From positions 83,948,001 to 84,012,000 of the forward strand of contig NC_058378.1 in the NCBI RefSeq assembly GCF_018350175.1: DNA of 64,000 nucleotides, in the 5' to 3' direction. The DNA is from Felis catus. Its lineage: Eukaryota. Shown piece after piece: positions 49,804 to 61,989 of this stretch; position 1 is the first letter of the stretch; the number at the start of each line of letters is the position of its first letter. A program made the translations under genes and the position numbers. The notes under the pieces were generated by a model. The model saw only the letters and a program-made list of their open reading frames with translations. It had not been told where the DNA came from and made no database searches.

Positions 49804-50065
49804 CGGTATGTCAAACGGGCATATGACTGAAAGGTGTAAGAACAACATGACTGGCTGGGGACCTGGGCCTTGAGAGACAACAAACACAGTGGTGAGTGTT
49901 CGGGTTCTTTGTTCACTTCCTATAAGTGCTGAGTGAGGCACTGGTGAAGGATGCCATCCTGAAATCCTTATAGATAACAGAAAAACAAGCCCAAGGACAG
50001 CTTTTCCTCTTCAGCCACAGGACCAGGAAAGGAGTATTCTTTGACATTATGGTCAACCATGATCG

Positions 50066-51160
50066 GCAAATAAAAACTTTGATAAATTAGACTTCATCAA
50101 AATTTAAAACTCTAATGCTACAAAAGACTCCATCAAGAGGATGAAAATTCAAGATACAGACTTGATATATTTCAAGAGAAAGTGTCTGTAAAACGTACAG
50201 GTGACAAAGGACTCCTATAAAGACTTCTCAACAACAAAAATACCAATAATTCGATGAGAAAATGGACAAAAGACAGACAGTTCACCACAGAGGATATATG
50301 GATGGCAAACAAACACATTATAATATGTTTAACATCATCACACATTTGGGAAAGGCACGGTACACCCACAAGGAGAAATTACTGCACGTCTATCGGAATA
50401 GCTAAAGGTAAAAATTGCGACAATACCAGGTGCCATCTCGGGTGCACAGAACCTGGATCTCTTATCCATTCCTATGGGAAATGCAAGTGCACGAATTCTC
50501 CGGAAAATAGTTTGGCAGTTTCTTAAAAAGCCAACCTTATTGGATGCCCCAGTAATCACATTCCTGACCATATATCCCAGAAAAATGAGAACTCTGTCCA
50601 CACAAAAATCTGAACATGAGTGTTCACAGCAGCTTTGTTTTATAAGAGCCGAGCACTGGAAACAATATCCCTTGGTGGGTGAATGTAGGTAAACAAACTG
50701 GTGTATGCCCATTCCACGGAACGATAAAACAATAAAAAGGAGCAACCAATAGATGCCATAACTCACATGGACCTCGAGGGCGGTATGCAGAGTGAGAAAA
50801 GCCAATCACAAAAGGTTCTACGCGTTGGATTCCGCTTAGGTGCCATTCTCGAGCTAAGCAGATTAAAGAGAACAGTCTAGTGCTGTGCGGGGAGGGGGCA
50901 GGCATGGATATGATTGCAAAGCAACAGCACCAAGGAGATCTTCGTAGAAGGGGAGGAGTTCTGTGCTTGACTGCGGCAGTCACACCAACCCACACATGTG
51001 GCCAAATTGCACACACCAAAACACATGCACACGGAACGGCATGTAAGACAAACTCCGAATAAGGTCTGTGGCTTGTACCAAAGTTCATTTTCTGGTTTTG
51101 CTATTGTGTTCTAACTACGTAAGCTATTGCCGGCTGCAGCTGGGTGAAGCACACAGGGCA
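50066..51160 (+). mobile_element. L1MD-like element: ORF2 3' end and 3' UTR
   Basis: gataaattagacttcatcaaaatttaaaact; ggatatatggatggcaaacaaacaca; tagtttggcagtttctta; 3' UTR ending taattatttcaaaataaa. Confidence 0.9.
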
Positions 51161-51691
51161 TCGCTTGTGTTATCTCTGCAACTCTCTGAGAACGGATAAT
51201 TATTTCAAAATAAATAGTTAACTGCAAGGCTACGGACCCATACGCCCAGGGTTGCAAGTAGTCATGCCTTACTTACCTAGCTCAAAATTTCCCTGACCTG
51301 ACCCATCTTGGCTCACTCCCAAAGCCAACCTTGATAATTAATAAGGAGTGTTTCTATATTGATAATATTTGCCGTTTTCCAAACGTCGCGATTCCCTTTG
51401 AGGCCCTGTTGTTTCGCATATGCCATTTTCTTCATTTCAAGGTCACCAATGCCCCTTCTCAGGTGGGACATGAGCTTTATTTTTTTCTAGAATTTCAGTT
51501 CTAAACTCATTCTTCCACTGCATGCATTTTAATGAGAATTAAACATATTAATTAAATATTATTAACATATAAATTACATACTAATAAGGATTATATGACC
51601 ATGTATTTGTGTGTATATTGCACACACAGCAATCGTGGGTCATATCGCATGCATTACAACTGAAACGCAGTTCCCCTTGCAGAACTATCTA

Positions 51692-51744
51692 TTTTTAAGT
51701 TTTTTTTTAAATTTCTTTTGAGAGAGAGTGTGAGCAGGGGAGGA

Positions 51745-51783
<39 letters not shown>

Positions 51784-51922
51784 CCCAAGCAAACTCTGCA
51801 GGGTCAGAGCAGAGCCCGATGAGGGGCTCAAACTCACAAAACTGTAAGATCATGACCTGAGCTGAGATCAAGAGTCAGATGCTTCACCGCCTAACTGGTG
51901 GACTGAGCCGCCCAGGTGCCCC
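51692..51922 (-). mobile_element. Can-SINE with expanded (GA)n
   Basis: Antisense body ending gactgagccgcccaggtgcccc; TSD-like gaactatctattttt / gaaccatattttt. Confidence 0.93.
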
Positions 51923-51942
51923 GGGAACCATATTTTTGATGG

Positions 51943-52406
51943 TGAAAGGCAGAGGAATATGCTACCCCAAAACATGCCTCTGTAGTTTAAAGCTTATTTG
52001 GAGCTGATTATTTTGAGAGACTGCAGGCACAGGAGAAGCTCTGAAAAAGAGTTCGAAGTTACCCCTTTGTAAGGGAGATTCATATTAAAAAACCTCCACC
52101 TCCCTCTTCACACCAGGAAGAGAAAGACACTGAAATCACAAGAAACCCTTATCTGAGGAGAAGGTGCAAAACTTAACCAGTTAAGTGGCCCCCCCTCCCT
52201 CCCACCGCCCCCCCTCCCCGCCATCTTTTGTCTTCAGCTGAAGGTGCTGTTTACTTCTACTCTGCTTCCTGGGCACCTCCCATGTCTCCCTGGAGGTAGA
52301 TGTGATAATAAAGCTTCCCTGTTTTTCTCTTGTTACCTGTCTTCTGTGGCAAATGACCTCAGCCAAAAACTCAAGATAGAGGGGAAGTGAGTTTTCCTCT
52401 CCTACT
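51943..52406 (+). mobile_element. Solo ERV1-class LTR (MER34/MER34A-like)
   Basis: tgaa...gaatatgctaccccaaaacatgcctct...gagctgattattttgagagactgcag...aataaa...ttttcctctcctac; 4-bp TSD atgg/gtgg. Confidence 0.85.
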
Positions 52407-54574
52407 GTGGGAACTGATTCAGAAGAGAGAGAGATGCCCAAGGATCTAAGTACTTTTGGTCATGTGACCACCCTGAAAGCCTGTGTATGTGTATATATTT
52501 CTATGTGCTCACTTAAACGTGCGTATTGGCTGTATATATTTGTGTGTATCATAATGTGACATATATATATATACACATATATGGTACATATTTATATATG
52601 ACACACACACACACACAATCTTTTGGTCATGTCATCTGAGGTGCTGATGGAATGTGTGCACCTCCCTTGGTGACTGTCACAGCTTCCTTGGGACTCTGGG
52701 TTAGAGGTGAGGGTGAATGTGCTGTGCCAGGGCCACCTGCCTCCGACCTCCATCCAAGGCGGGCTCCTGCTGCCTATCAGGGCAGAGCTCCTGGCAACGT
52801 GCAATGCTGGACGCCAGGCTTGAATTCCTTCCTTCTTTCTGTGGAGTCCGCATCTGGTGCCCACAGTCCCAGCCTCTGGACACAGCGGAGGGGGAGGAGC
52901 TACTCCCCGGCAGGGCAACGGCTCATGCTCTCTGCCCACCACTTCCCAGCCTGGTGGGCTCAGCCTCCCTTGAGCTCCCCCAGGGAGGACCAGACGACTG
53001 TCCACCGTCCACAGTGCCAGGGTCTATGCAGGTTCACAGAGGCCTCGCCTCAACGGGCAGTGGTCCCCACCTTCAAGAAGCAGATGGGAGAGGACCCACT
53101 GAGTGGCACCACTCTTTCCAGGGAAACTCTACTCCCAGTGCAAGTCTCCGATTACAACGCTGTGTCTTTAATCTGGCGGAGTGTCCAAAATGGAGAGAAC
53201 CTGCTCTTAGCCACATCCTTTGTGAGTTCTGCACGTGGCAATCTGTCACACACTCACTACAAAAATTGTAAATCTACCAAATCGAAACTGAAGGGAGAAA
53301 GTTTCCATTTTAATATCTTGTTAGTAATATCTTTTACCAAAGCAACGCTTGCCAAGGTAAACTCCCACGTTTCTGAGGCCTCAAAATCCCTTCCACCTTG
53401 GGTGTCTAGAACATTCTACACTAACCACTGGCCCTCTGGCCCCTAAATCGGATGCAAAAGCAGCCACTGTTGGCCCCGCACTGGCTCACGCACCCTGTAA
53501 ACAGCATCAGCCACACGAAGCGTGGCTGGCCTGGGACACCTGGCCTTTCAGAGGCCTTGCTGGCAAACAAGTCTTGGGGCCCCCTCTCCCCCTAGAAAGG
53601 TAGAGGTTCATGCAGGTAGATGGGGCTGGCAGATTGCTCTCTTGACAACTTCAAGGAAGCATTTGGACTGGGGGTTCCTCTGGCAGGCCCTCTGCTCTCT
53701 GACTTTGTGTCAACAGATCATAGCTGGATGGCCTTTTCCAGAATCACTCTGTTCCTAGGGCATGGTTTACACACGTATGATGCTTGTACTTCACCTTTCT
53801 TTGACCTTGGTGTCCCTTTCCAATTGTTTCAATAGCTTAGGTATGCTTGGTTATAGAGTTAGAACTTTTTAACACAGGGCAGCAAAATTTTATACAATTA
53901 AAATGCCTAAGATGTCAAGTGTAATCACGAGAATTTCATCATTTCCGCTGTAGAGCTGAAGGAAAAGGTCCACGTTCAGTCATTTTCATTCTCTGTGTTG
54001 ATTTTGCGAAAGGCACTATGGAGACAACGAGGTTTTGAGGAGAGGTACGACCCAACCCGTACCCTGGGCCAGCGCTGGGCCTTCTGGATGCCCGGGGTGG
54101 TGGCCCTGGGTGGCAGCAGCTCGGGAGCACGTGTCCGGAATGGCCCACGCAGACACACGTTTTAGACTCAACCTAGAGGGAGTCTTTGTGCTTGGACCGT
54201 TTCAGATGCTTTATAACTGACCTGCTCCCTGCCAGTGAGAAATTTAAGAAACTTGGACTTCAGCAGTTGGCACAACCTGGCAAAGCAGTGACCTTCCAGT
54301 AGCCCCATGCAAAACCTGGAACCCCACTCTATCCAGAACGGATGGATTCTGGATTCTATCCAGCATGGGGTGGCCGGAGGGGCCTGGGGGCCCAAAACTG
54401 AGCTGGACCAGGCTTTGCTCCAAAAAGCTGACAATCTGGAGGGAGAGACAAATACCAGCCACAAACAAAGCACTGCCTGAAGTCATCTGAATATGGCAGC
54501 ATATTGAGGAATTAGATAGAAGTGTGAAGCTCCCTGGACCTGCGGGTGTGAGGAGAGCCTGGAGGGACCTCTGC

Positions 54575-54760
54575 GCAGACCGTGGAAGATGTGGGTCGCC
54601 ATGGGCAAATCATCTACCTCCACAGAAGCTCCGTCTCCTTGCCCGTAAAACAGGCACGTGGCGGTTCTGCCATCACCTCACATGTCTCGGCTTAGGATTA
54701 ACTGTGATTCTGTGTAACGCACCCAGCTTGGTGAGCTGCAGAAGGTCACTGAATGACTGT
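54575..54760 (+). mobile_element. MIR SINE fragment (GC-shifted)
   Basis: catgggcaaatcatctacctcc...ctccgtctccttgcccgtaaaacagg...acctcac...aggattaactgtgat. Confidence 0.6.
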
Positions 54761-54956
54761 GAGTCTCAGGAGCAACTTCATGGGATTGGAAAAGCCAATC
54801 CCTTTGGCTGGTCTCAGTCACGGATCTTGAGCCTCAGGAAGGGCAAACCAATGGGCAAACAGTAGCCAAGGGCCTGGTCGTCTCCGACTGCAGAGGATAT
54901 AGGAACATCGCCATCAATGATGATGGCTGACAGGCTTGTGCAGAGCTGGCTACATC

Positions 54957-55053
54957 CTGGTTCCTAAAAATTACAGATTACATGTTAGAATCATTTGGTG
55001 ACATCTTGAATTCTGTATTCCTATATTTGTTTCTGCCTCTATCTATCTATCTA

Positions 55054-55085
<32 letters not shown>

Positions 55086-55255
55086 ATTTATCCATTCATC
55101 CCTCACCTCTACCCTCCTTCCTTTCTCTGTCTTGATGTCTTCCTCTCACGCTGTCTTTATCTTGCCCATCCCCAGGCCCCACACCAGGTTGACTGAATCA
55201 GAATTTCTAGAGTGGAGCCTGAAAATGGGCATTTGTTCAAAGTTCCTTTGGTAGA
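54957..55255. mobile_element. MER5-like hAT-Charlie element split by (TATC)n and a pyrimidine-rich stretch
   Basis: ttagaatcatttggtgacatctt (left part); ccaggccccacaccaggttgactgaatcagaatttctagagtggagcctgaaaatgggcattt (right part). Confidence 0.65.
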
Positions 55256-55264
55256 CACTTAGGG

Positions 55265-55695
55265 AATTATCTGTCTTATGGGAAAGTCCCCTTCCACACC
55301 CACCTGGATGGTTACGTTAGAAACGTCATGGCCACAGCGGTTTGGTCCAGGCTGGGTGTCTCTCCCCAGCCAATCAGATATATTCTCGGAACTTCCAATC
55401 CAGGAAAGAGACGCCAGTCCCCTAACACTGGCTGAAGCTGTATGCTGTGACATGTACCAGCTATTGGCAACCATGTTTCCTCTCCATCACCAGACACAGA
55501 GAAAGCTGATGCACTCACAGCACGAAGGACGAGCCTAGGTGATAGATGGAGACAGTCCCCAGGGTTCCAGGTGTGCATGAGGACCAGCCACATCCCTGCT
55601 CCTGGATTCCCAGAGCTCTTATAACCAACACCCCCATGGGCTTCAGCTGCTTGAGTGGGGTTCCTGCCCCCTGCAACTAAGGAGCTTCTAGTCAG
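55265..55695 (+). mobile_element. Old MaLR LTR (MLT1J/K/L-like)
   Basis: tggccacagcggtttggtccagg...gccaatcaga...3' end gcttcagctgcttgagtggggttcctgccccctgcaactaagga. Confidence 0.55.
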
Positions 55696-55894
55696 TTCCA
55701 ATCTTGAGCCTCCTTTAGAAATCACCTCCAAAGAGAATTTTTCAGATATCTTTCAATCAGATCTTTGGAAAAAACTGTTTGAAACCAGTCCTATCACCTT
55801 CAAAATGATTGAGATGGTTTAGTCCTATTATTTGTAAACTAAGTTCTTCTCCATAGCTGAACACAGTTTGGAAACATTTTCATGGCTTCCATGG

Positions 55895-55970
55895 GTAGAT
55901 GATAGATATAAATAGATGATAGATAGATAGGAAGGAAGGAAGGAAGGAAGGAAGGAAGGAAGGAAGGAAA
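55895..55970. repeat. Compound (GATA)n(GGAA)n microsatellite
   Basis: Seen directly. Confidence 0.95.
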
Positions 55971-56184
55971 GGGAGAAAGAACAAAAGATAAAGTCTAAAG
56001 TAGGAGTGGTCTAGTTGAAGCCCTGGTCCCTTCCTCTGCCCCAATCACTTCAATCTGCTGCTAGGGAAACAGAAGCCTAGAGGAGCAGAGTGCATCAGCA
56101 GCTGGACATCAGACTGGAGGTCATGGTGTGAAAAAAAACCCAGCTCAGACTTCGGTGTTCTAGAACAGCCATCTCCAGATCAAG

Positions 56185-56440
56185 GGTCAAGATGATACAA
56201 TAAGCTACAGGAAGAAAATATTAGAAATTCTATTTATATGTTTTGTACTTCATGCTTTTGGAAATTTTATTTTGTGCATGTTCTAAAATATATATCCTAC
56301 AGAATATATACATAAATATATGAATATATATATATATATATATATTACAGAATATACATATTAAAAAATACACTCATACACCCATACTGGGGGCCGTATT
56401 CTACTGGCAGAAGTGAGATCAAAGTGTTAGGTGACCAATG
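56185..56440. mobile_element. Possible old non-autonomous hAT-Charlie element with internal (TA)n
   Basis: caagatgat...ggaagaaaatattagaaattctatttatat...aaagtgttaggtgaccaatg resembles recalled Charlie-family text; family not established. Confidence 0.4.
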
Positions 56441-59400
56441 CCACCTGCTCATCCTTGCCGGGTGAGTTTGAAAGCACTCTTACACCAGTCACATGTTTAC
56501 CATATCTGTGCCGGGCCTACCGTGTGCCCGTTTGCAGATGGTGCTATTTGCCAGTGGCCTATCTGGCCCTGCTCAAAACTGGAATGTTTACCACCCTGTG
56601 AAATAACCCTGTCGGCGGAGGAAACTTGTCACTACTTAAGGAAAACTGAAAGAGTGAAAGCATTGAACTCTACAAAGTAAAGGTGCTTGGGTTCTGAGAG
56701 ATTTGCTTTTATGTTCCAGAACAAAAACAAGATGCGGAGGAACCCTTCCCTCTTCTGGGCCTGGAAGTCAGAACCAGAAGTCTGGTGCGCTGTCTGGCTG
56801 TGCTTGGGCAGTTGTGAGCATTCGACCCCGGACGCATGCCATCCGTGGATGTGACCCCACTCAATGAAGGCTGGGCCCCCGCACCAGCCCTCTCTGTGCC
56901 CTGTGTGTTTCCCAAGCCGGGGACCGGGAATTCGCTTCCTAAGTTTACAGGGCACCATCAGTTAGCATTTCAGTGTTGATTTTAAGTGGGCACTTTAAAC
57001 GCCCCCACAGCGGTTGGTGTTTGCGTTTCAGACCGAGCCCCTTGCTGCAACAGTTCTGGGGTGGCCTGGTCTGTGGCATGTGGCTTCATTTAGAAGCCTG
57101 GGTCCTTCTGACCAGCAGAGCGTTGGCCCTGGGTCCTTTCGCTGAGTTTAATATGTTAATAAACATGTTTTCAGTGATCCCTGCTCCCTGATATCTGGCA
57201 TATTAACAAGTAAGTGCTGCTAGGGGAATAGAAACCAGAATTATACCATCAGAAATCATATTTGGGGGAGAAATCCTTTCCCTCTCGTGATTGCAAGCTG
57301 GCTTTTTTATTTTAATAAAAAACAGAAGCAAGGAATAGTTCTGCCCTCCCTGGCACTTACGAACGGTGGGGGGGCAGAGCTCAGACACAGGAGCTCACCT
57401 CCAGAGTGAAAACGTTGAGGATCAGGGAAGCTTTTGTTTGTTTTAATTCTGGCAGCAAAAACTAAAACCGTATTTTCTGATGAGGAAGAAGGAAACGGTC
57501 CTACAGCAGAATGGCCGGGGGAAAAAAACGTGCATACCAGGCACAGATAAACCAACGACAAAGCCCGTAATTACACCTAGTACAAGGTAGAGATTTTTGG
57601 ATTGTTCTTTTAAGAGTGTAAGCTGACCCCCCCCACCCCCGCCCCCCCGCCTTTGAGAGACTTCTCTTGTCAGAATTTCTGCCCGAGTCATTTTTATGCC
57701 TGGGTCCACATGCACATTTTAGGAAAACCATCCAGGTCTTGGAGTCATGGCATCTACTAATTCACACTCACTGCAAAATAACACCCGAGGTAGCTCAGCC
57801 TGGCAAGGTTACGTCATCCCTCTTGAACAAAGGCCAATTTTTCACTAACCAGAGCCACCCGAGGCCAGACTGGCTTCTTCAGATCTTCAGGTTTAAACTC
57901 CTGTTTATTTGGGTATGGCACCAAACGAAGCATTCTCTTTATATTCCAGCAGTTTCTGCAAAACCAGCTGTTCTAAATTTGGTTTAAAACATTTGTTAAA
58001 GTCACCAATAAATGAGGGAGAAGGAACCGGGCTGACTTGGCAATAGGAAAAAGCTCTCAGGTTTCCTTCAACAAGACAGGCCTTCCTTCTAGATCGGTTT
58101 TATATTTGAGCTTGTCTTTGGGGGATTGTTTCCATGCAGGCTTGGGGGGGGGCAGGGTTTTTCCAGCCAGCGTCCCCCTCAAGCGTGCCCAGCTAGCCTG
58201 ACACAGAAAGCGAGGGCCGTTCACAGCAGGCTGGAGGGGGGCCAGGCTGGCTGAGCCCTCGGAGCATGGTGCTGGAGGAGTGCAGGGACCCTGGGCCAGT
58301 TGCACGGCCCGTCTGAGACTATCACGGCCCCTCGCTCGTGCCCACAGATCCTGAGGTTTGAGAGCATGTCCACAGACAGTGTGGCGAGTGGGTCCCCAGC
58401 AAGCAGCAGCGGGAACTGAAATTTGCCAGTAAGGCTCACTCCTACCACTATAGTGAAATCGTTAGTCTGGAAGACACAGCAGGACCCACAATGGCAGGAC
58501 CCACCCCCTCTGACACCCGAGGCCCCGCCAGTGTATCTCAAGGAGCTCGGGGCTCCATCCATGCGGAGGCCCACTCTGAAACACGCCTTCCAGGAAACAG
58601 GACGATAACAAATGAGTCTACCCCTCTACCCCGATCCTTGGATTTCCCGGACTTTCCTGGACCGCAGAACATGGAGTAGAATCATAGCATTTCTGCAAAC
58701 AGTGCAGAATCTGAGCTAAACGTGTCTCCAAAGAGCAACTTCTCGCTCTTGCAAACAGAATACACGCCACAGGGACTAAGAATTTCCTTTGAAAAAGTGC
58801 TCGTGATCGATTCTTTATCTATGTGTTGAACGGGACGCCCACCCCTACCTATACCTCACCTTCTCACCTGGGATGCCCTTCCTTCTGCGTCCGCCATGCC
58901 CTCCTGCTGAGGTCTGTCTCGTGTCCCAGATAGGTCTCATTTTCCAGATGCTCTAATCCGCTTTGACCCCAGCGGCCTGTTTTTACAGATGGCACTACGT
59001 GAACCCTTCCAGGGACGGCCCTCCTCTCTCAACCTAGACAATGAGGCTCTTGGGGGGACAAGGGTCCTGTTGGTCCGGAGGCAATGAGGCCAGGCATTCT
59101 GCCCGTGAGGGACCACAAGGGGGTGTGGATTAGTGGACGCTACCAGGAAACGCTTTGCCAAATCCCACATCAGAAGTCTCGAGAGCGAAAACGCTTTTTC
59201 ACACAGCATTGTAATATGTCACAGTGAAAAAGCGTTTTCCAAGATCCAGAGAGGTGTGTAAAGCGAATGCTGAGCGCAAACCAGAACCATATTGCAGCCC
59301 TCTTGACATTTCCAAAATAGTGACCAATAAAAGTTGCTATTTATGCGTGCCCTACTGGTGACACTATTAAATCTTTTGGCTGTACTGTTCAGGGAAGGTT

Positions 59401-60254
59401 ATGGGCTGAAAGCCGTGTGAATTGGAACTGTGTCTAAATTGGAATTTTATCTGGCACCATTTGGCTTAAACTTGGATTGCTAACCTTCAGGTTTTAGTCA
59501 TACTGGAATTATACAATAGAGGGCTCACCGCTGTGTGGCATTTTTTAAAAGTTTATATGAAAAGAGAGAGAGAGAGAGAGAGAGAGGAGGAAAACCTTGG
59601 GCATGCTGCCCACACATGTATTTTGTTTGGAAAGAACCATTTTCCGAACTTGGGGGATAAAAAGAAATCTAATTTATTAGCATTTCAAAAATCGTCATGG
59701 CCGCAGAATGGGTAAACAGGGCAATCATGATTAATCTAAATTGAAAAGGCACATTTTGTTTATTAGATCCCTCAACTACCCAAGCTCCGTTTTTTGTAAT
59801 AGTTCAGATTTTTTTTTCTTCCCTACCCTTCAGAAGTGACAGAGAAAAATCTATTTCTTGGCTGAAGTAATCTCAGATAAATTAATATCATTTTTCATAT
59901 AAATTTGTTTGGGGAAACTTGAAACTGTAGCATAACCTATTGATTTCATTATTTGAATTAAGTTTAAGAAATCCTACAGCTGCTTACTGTCAAACTTTAA
60001 ACCTAGTGTCCATTTTCAGCCGGGCACTTGGTATACACTTCACCTGGTCGCTCAAGAAGGTTCTAGTGGAAAAGTACGTGCTCATGAAACATACTCAGCG
60101 CTCCTCTGAAGCTTTAATAGCAGCAGAAGGGGTAACAATTAGCAGTTTTGTTTTTCTGGGCTTGAAAGTTTTTCCTGGGCTGCTTCCAAAAATTGTGTTC
60201 TTCATTGTTGACCTTTTTGGAGTTTGGAAGCAATGAACCACGTTGCCTTCCATA

Positions 60255-60386
60255 NNNNNNNNNNNNNNNNNNNNNNNNNNNNNNNNNNNNNNNNNNNNNN
60301 NNNNNNNNNNNNNNNNNNNNNNNNNNNNNNNNNNNNNNNNNNNNNNNNNNNNNNNNNNNNNNNNNNNNNNNNNNNNNNNNNNNNNN
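60255..60386. other. N-run (132 nt)
   Basis: Run of N seen directly. Confidence 0.99.
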
Positions 60387-61989
60387 TCTGCTCGAAGGGG
60401 CCACTTTTTTCCCCCCTTTCTTTCCAGAACAGGCAGGTTGTAGACAGATCTGGGTCTTAGCCCGCCACCCCAAGGGCCCCAATGTCAAGAAATAGTGATA
60501 GAACACCGTTCATTTATGCAACATCTGTAACACATATAGCAAATTATTAATAGCTCAATGTGCCAATCTGCCACTGTGCATTTCTGACATCGTAGGGGCC
60601 AGGAGCACGGAAGTTTTGCAGCTCAGAAATGAAAACTAGGCTCTGGATGAAAATTAAACACAGGTGCTTTGAGTTTTCGTGTATGAAATGGAACATCACT
60701 GACTGTTTCGGGGGGACACAAAATGGCAGTGCTCCCAGCTCAGCTAAAAGGTTAATAGAGCTAATGTGCTGTGGACATGGGTATCAGTATTATTTACACC
60801 ATGTTGTGTCACTTCATGCTAATGTCTGGGATGCTGACAGTGCTGGGAAGGGCCAGTTATGCCTCCTGCAGCAATGGAGGGTGCTACGGAGGACCAGGGA
60901 GTGGAGGCCTTTTGCTTACAAAGAAAACAAAACCAAAGCCACAGCACAGATCAAAGCCGTGGCGAGTGGGAGCTGCTTTTCATTCAGCACATGCCAGCCC
61001 CTCATTATTAGCCACCACTCCGAATTTCTGAGACAGAAACTCCCTCCTTCCACCGCAAACCTTCACCTTGGCTTTCCTTTCCTTTCCTTCTTTTTTTTAA
61101 TCGATAATAGAATCTTGCGTTCATTGCTTACAAATTAACAGCAAGCATCCTTGGTGTTGTTGTGGTTGTTGTTTTCTTTCCTAGAATATCACCATTTGAA
61201 GTTCTCCACTATCTGCATCCCGTATCCCTGCAGAGACACACACGGAGCCCTTGTTTTGAAAGCGTGTTGCTCGGCGTCTGAAGATGCGAAGGCTACGCCT
61301 GAACTCTCTGCGATGATATTTTAGCTATTTCCCCTTGACTTTAAGTCAACCTCGGAGGCACTGCTCTCAGGAACTCTGGGGGAAAGTGAGGATAGTGAAA
61401 TTAACCCAGGAGAACCTTCGCTCAGTCCCCAGCTTCCGCTCTGTGACGGGGATAAGCCCAAGGCCTGCTTACCAACGGTAACCAGGTAAGGCAAACGGTG
61501 ATGTGAGAGGAGCCAAAGATGTTTCCAAACCCAGCTGTAAGAATACGGCAACTACTCACATCCGCGTCTTTTATGTCTTTCTCCGTGGTTGCCTGGAGAA
61601 CCCTCCCGCCTGATGCGTCATCGCGATCCGTCACCAGAAGGAGAAAAGCAGAGCTGGTCATCTCCAGGTCCCGGCATGCAGCTGAAGATGAGGTCCCCCC
61701 CAGGCCAGAGCTCTGCCAGTGGGACAACTGTGGGGGAAGGGCGTTCACCAGATTTTTCTGAGCAGCCTATCCAAACTGACCTTGAGGGACTCAGCCTGAG
61801 CTGAGGGCCGTGGCCACCTGCCCCTGACAGAACTAGGCCATCTCTGATGGGACAGGATGCAACAAAGGGAAAGCAGAAGGAAACCCTGCCCCTTGCCAGC
61901 TCTGGGGGACAGATGGGGGCCAAGGCAGCAAAGAGGGTTGAGTAGGTCTCTGTCTTAATTCTGAGAAGTTCAGGGACCTCCCTGGAGGG

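Noticed and set aside
52652-53446. Longest ORF (264 aa) and other long ORFs such as 47618-48307
   Set aside because: GC-rich, low-stop sequence with overlapping ORFs in several frames, no recognisable domain and no exon pattern
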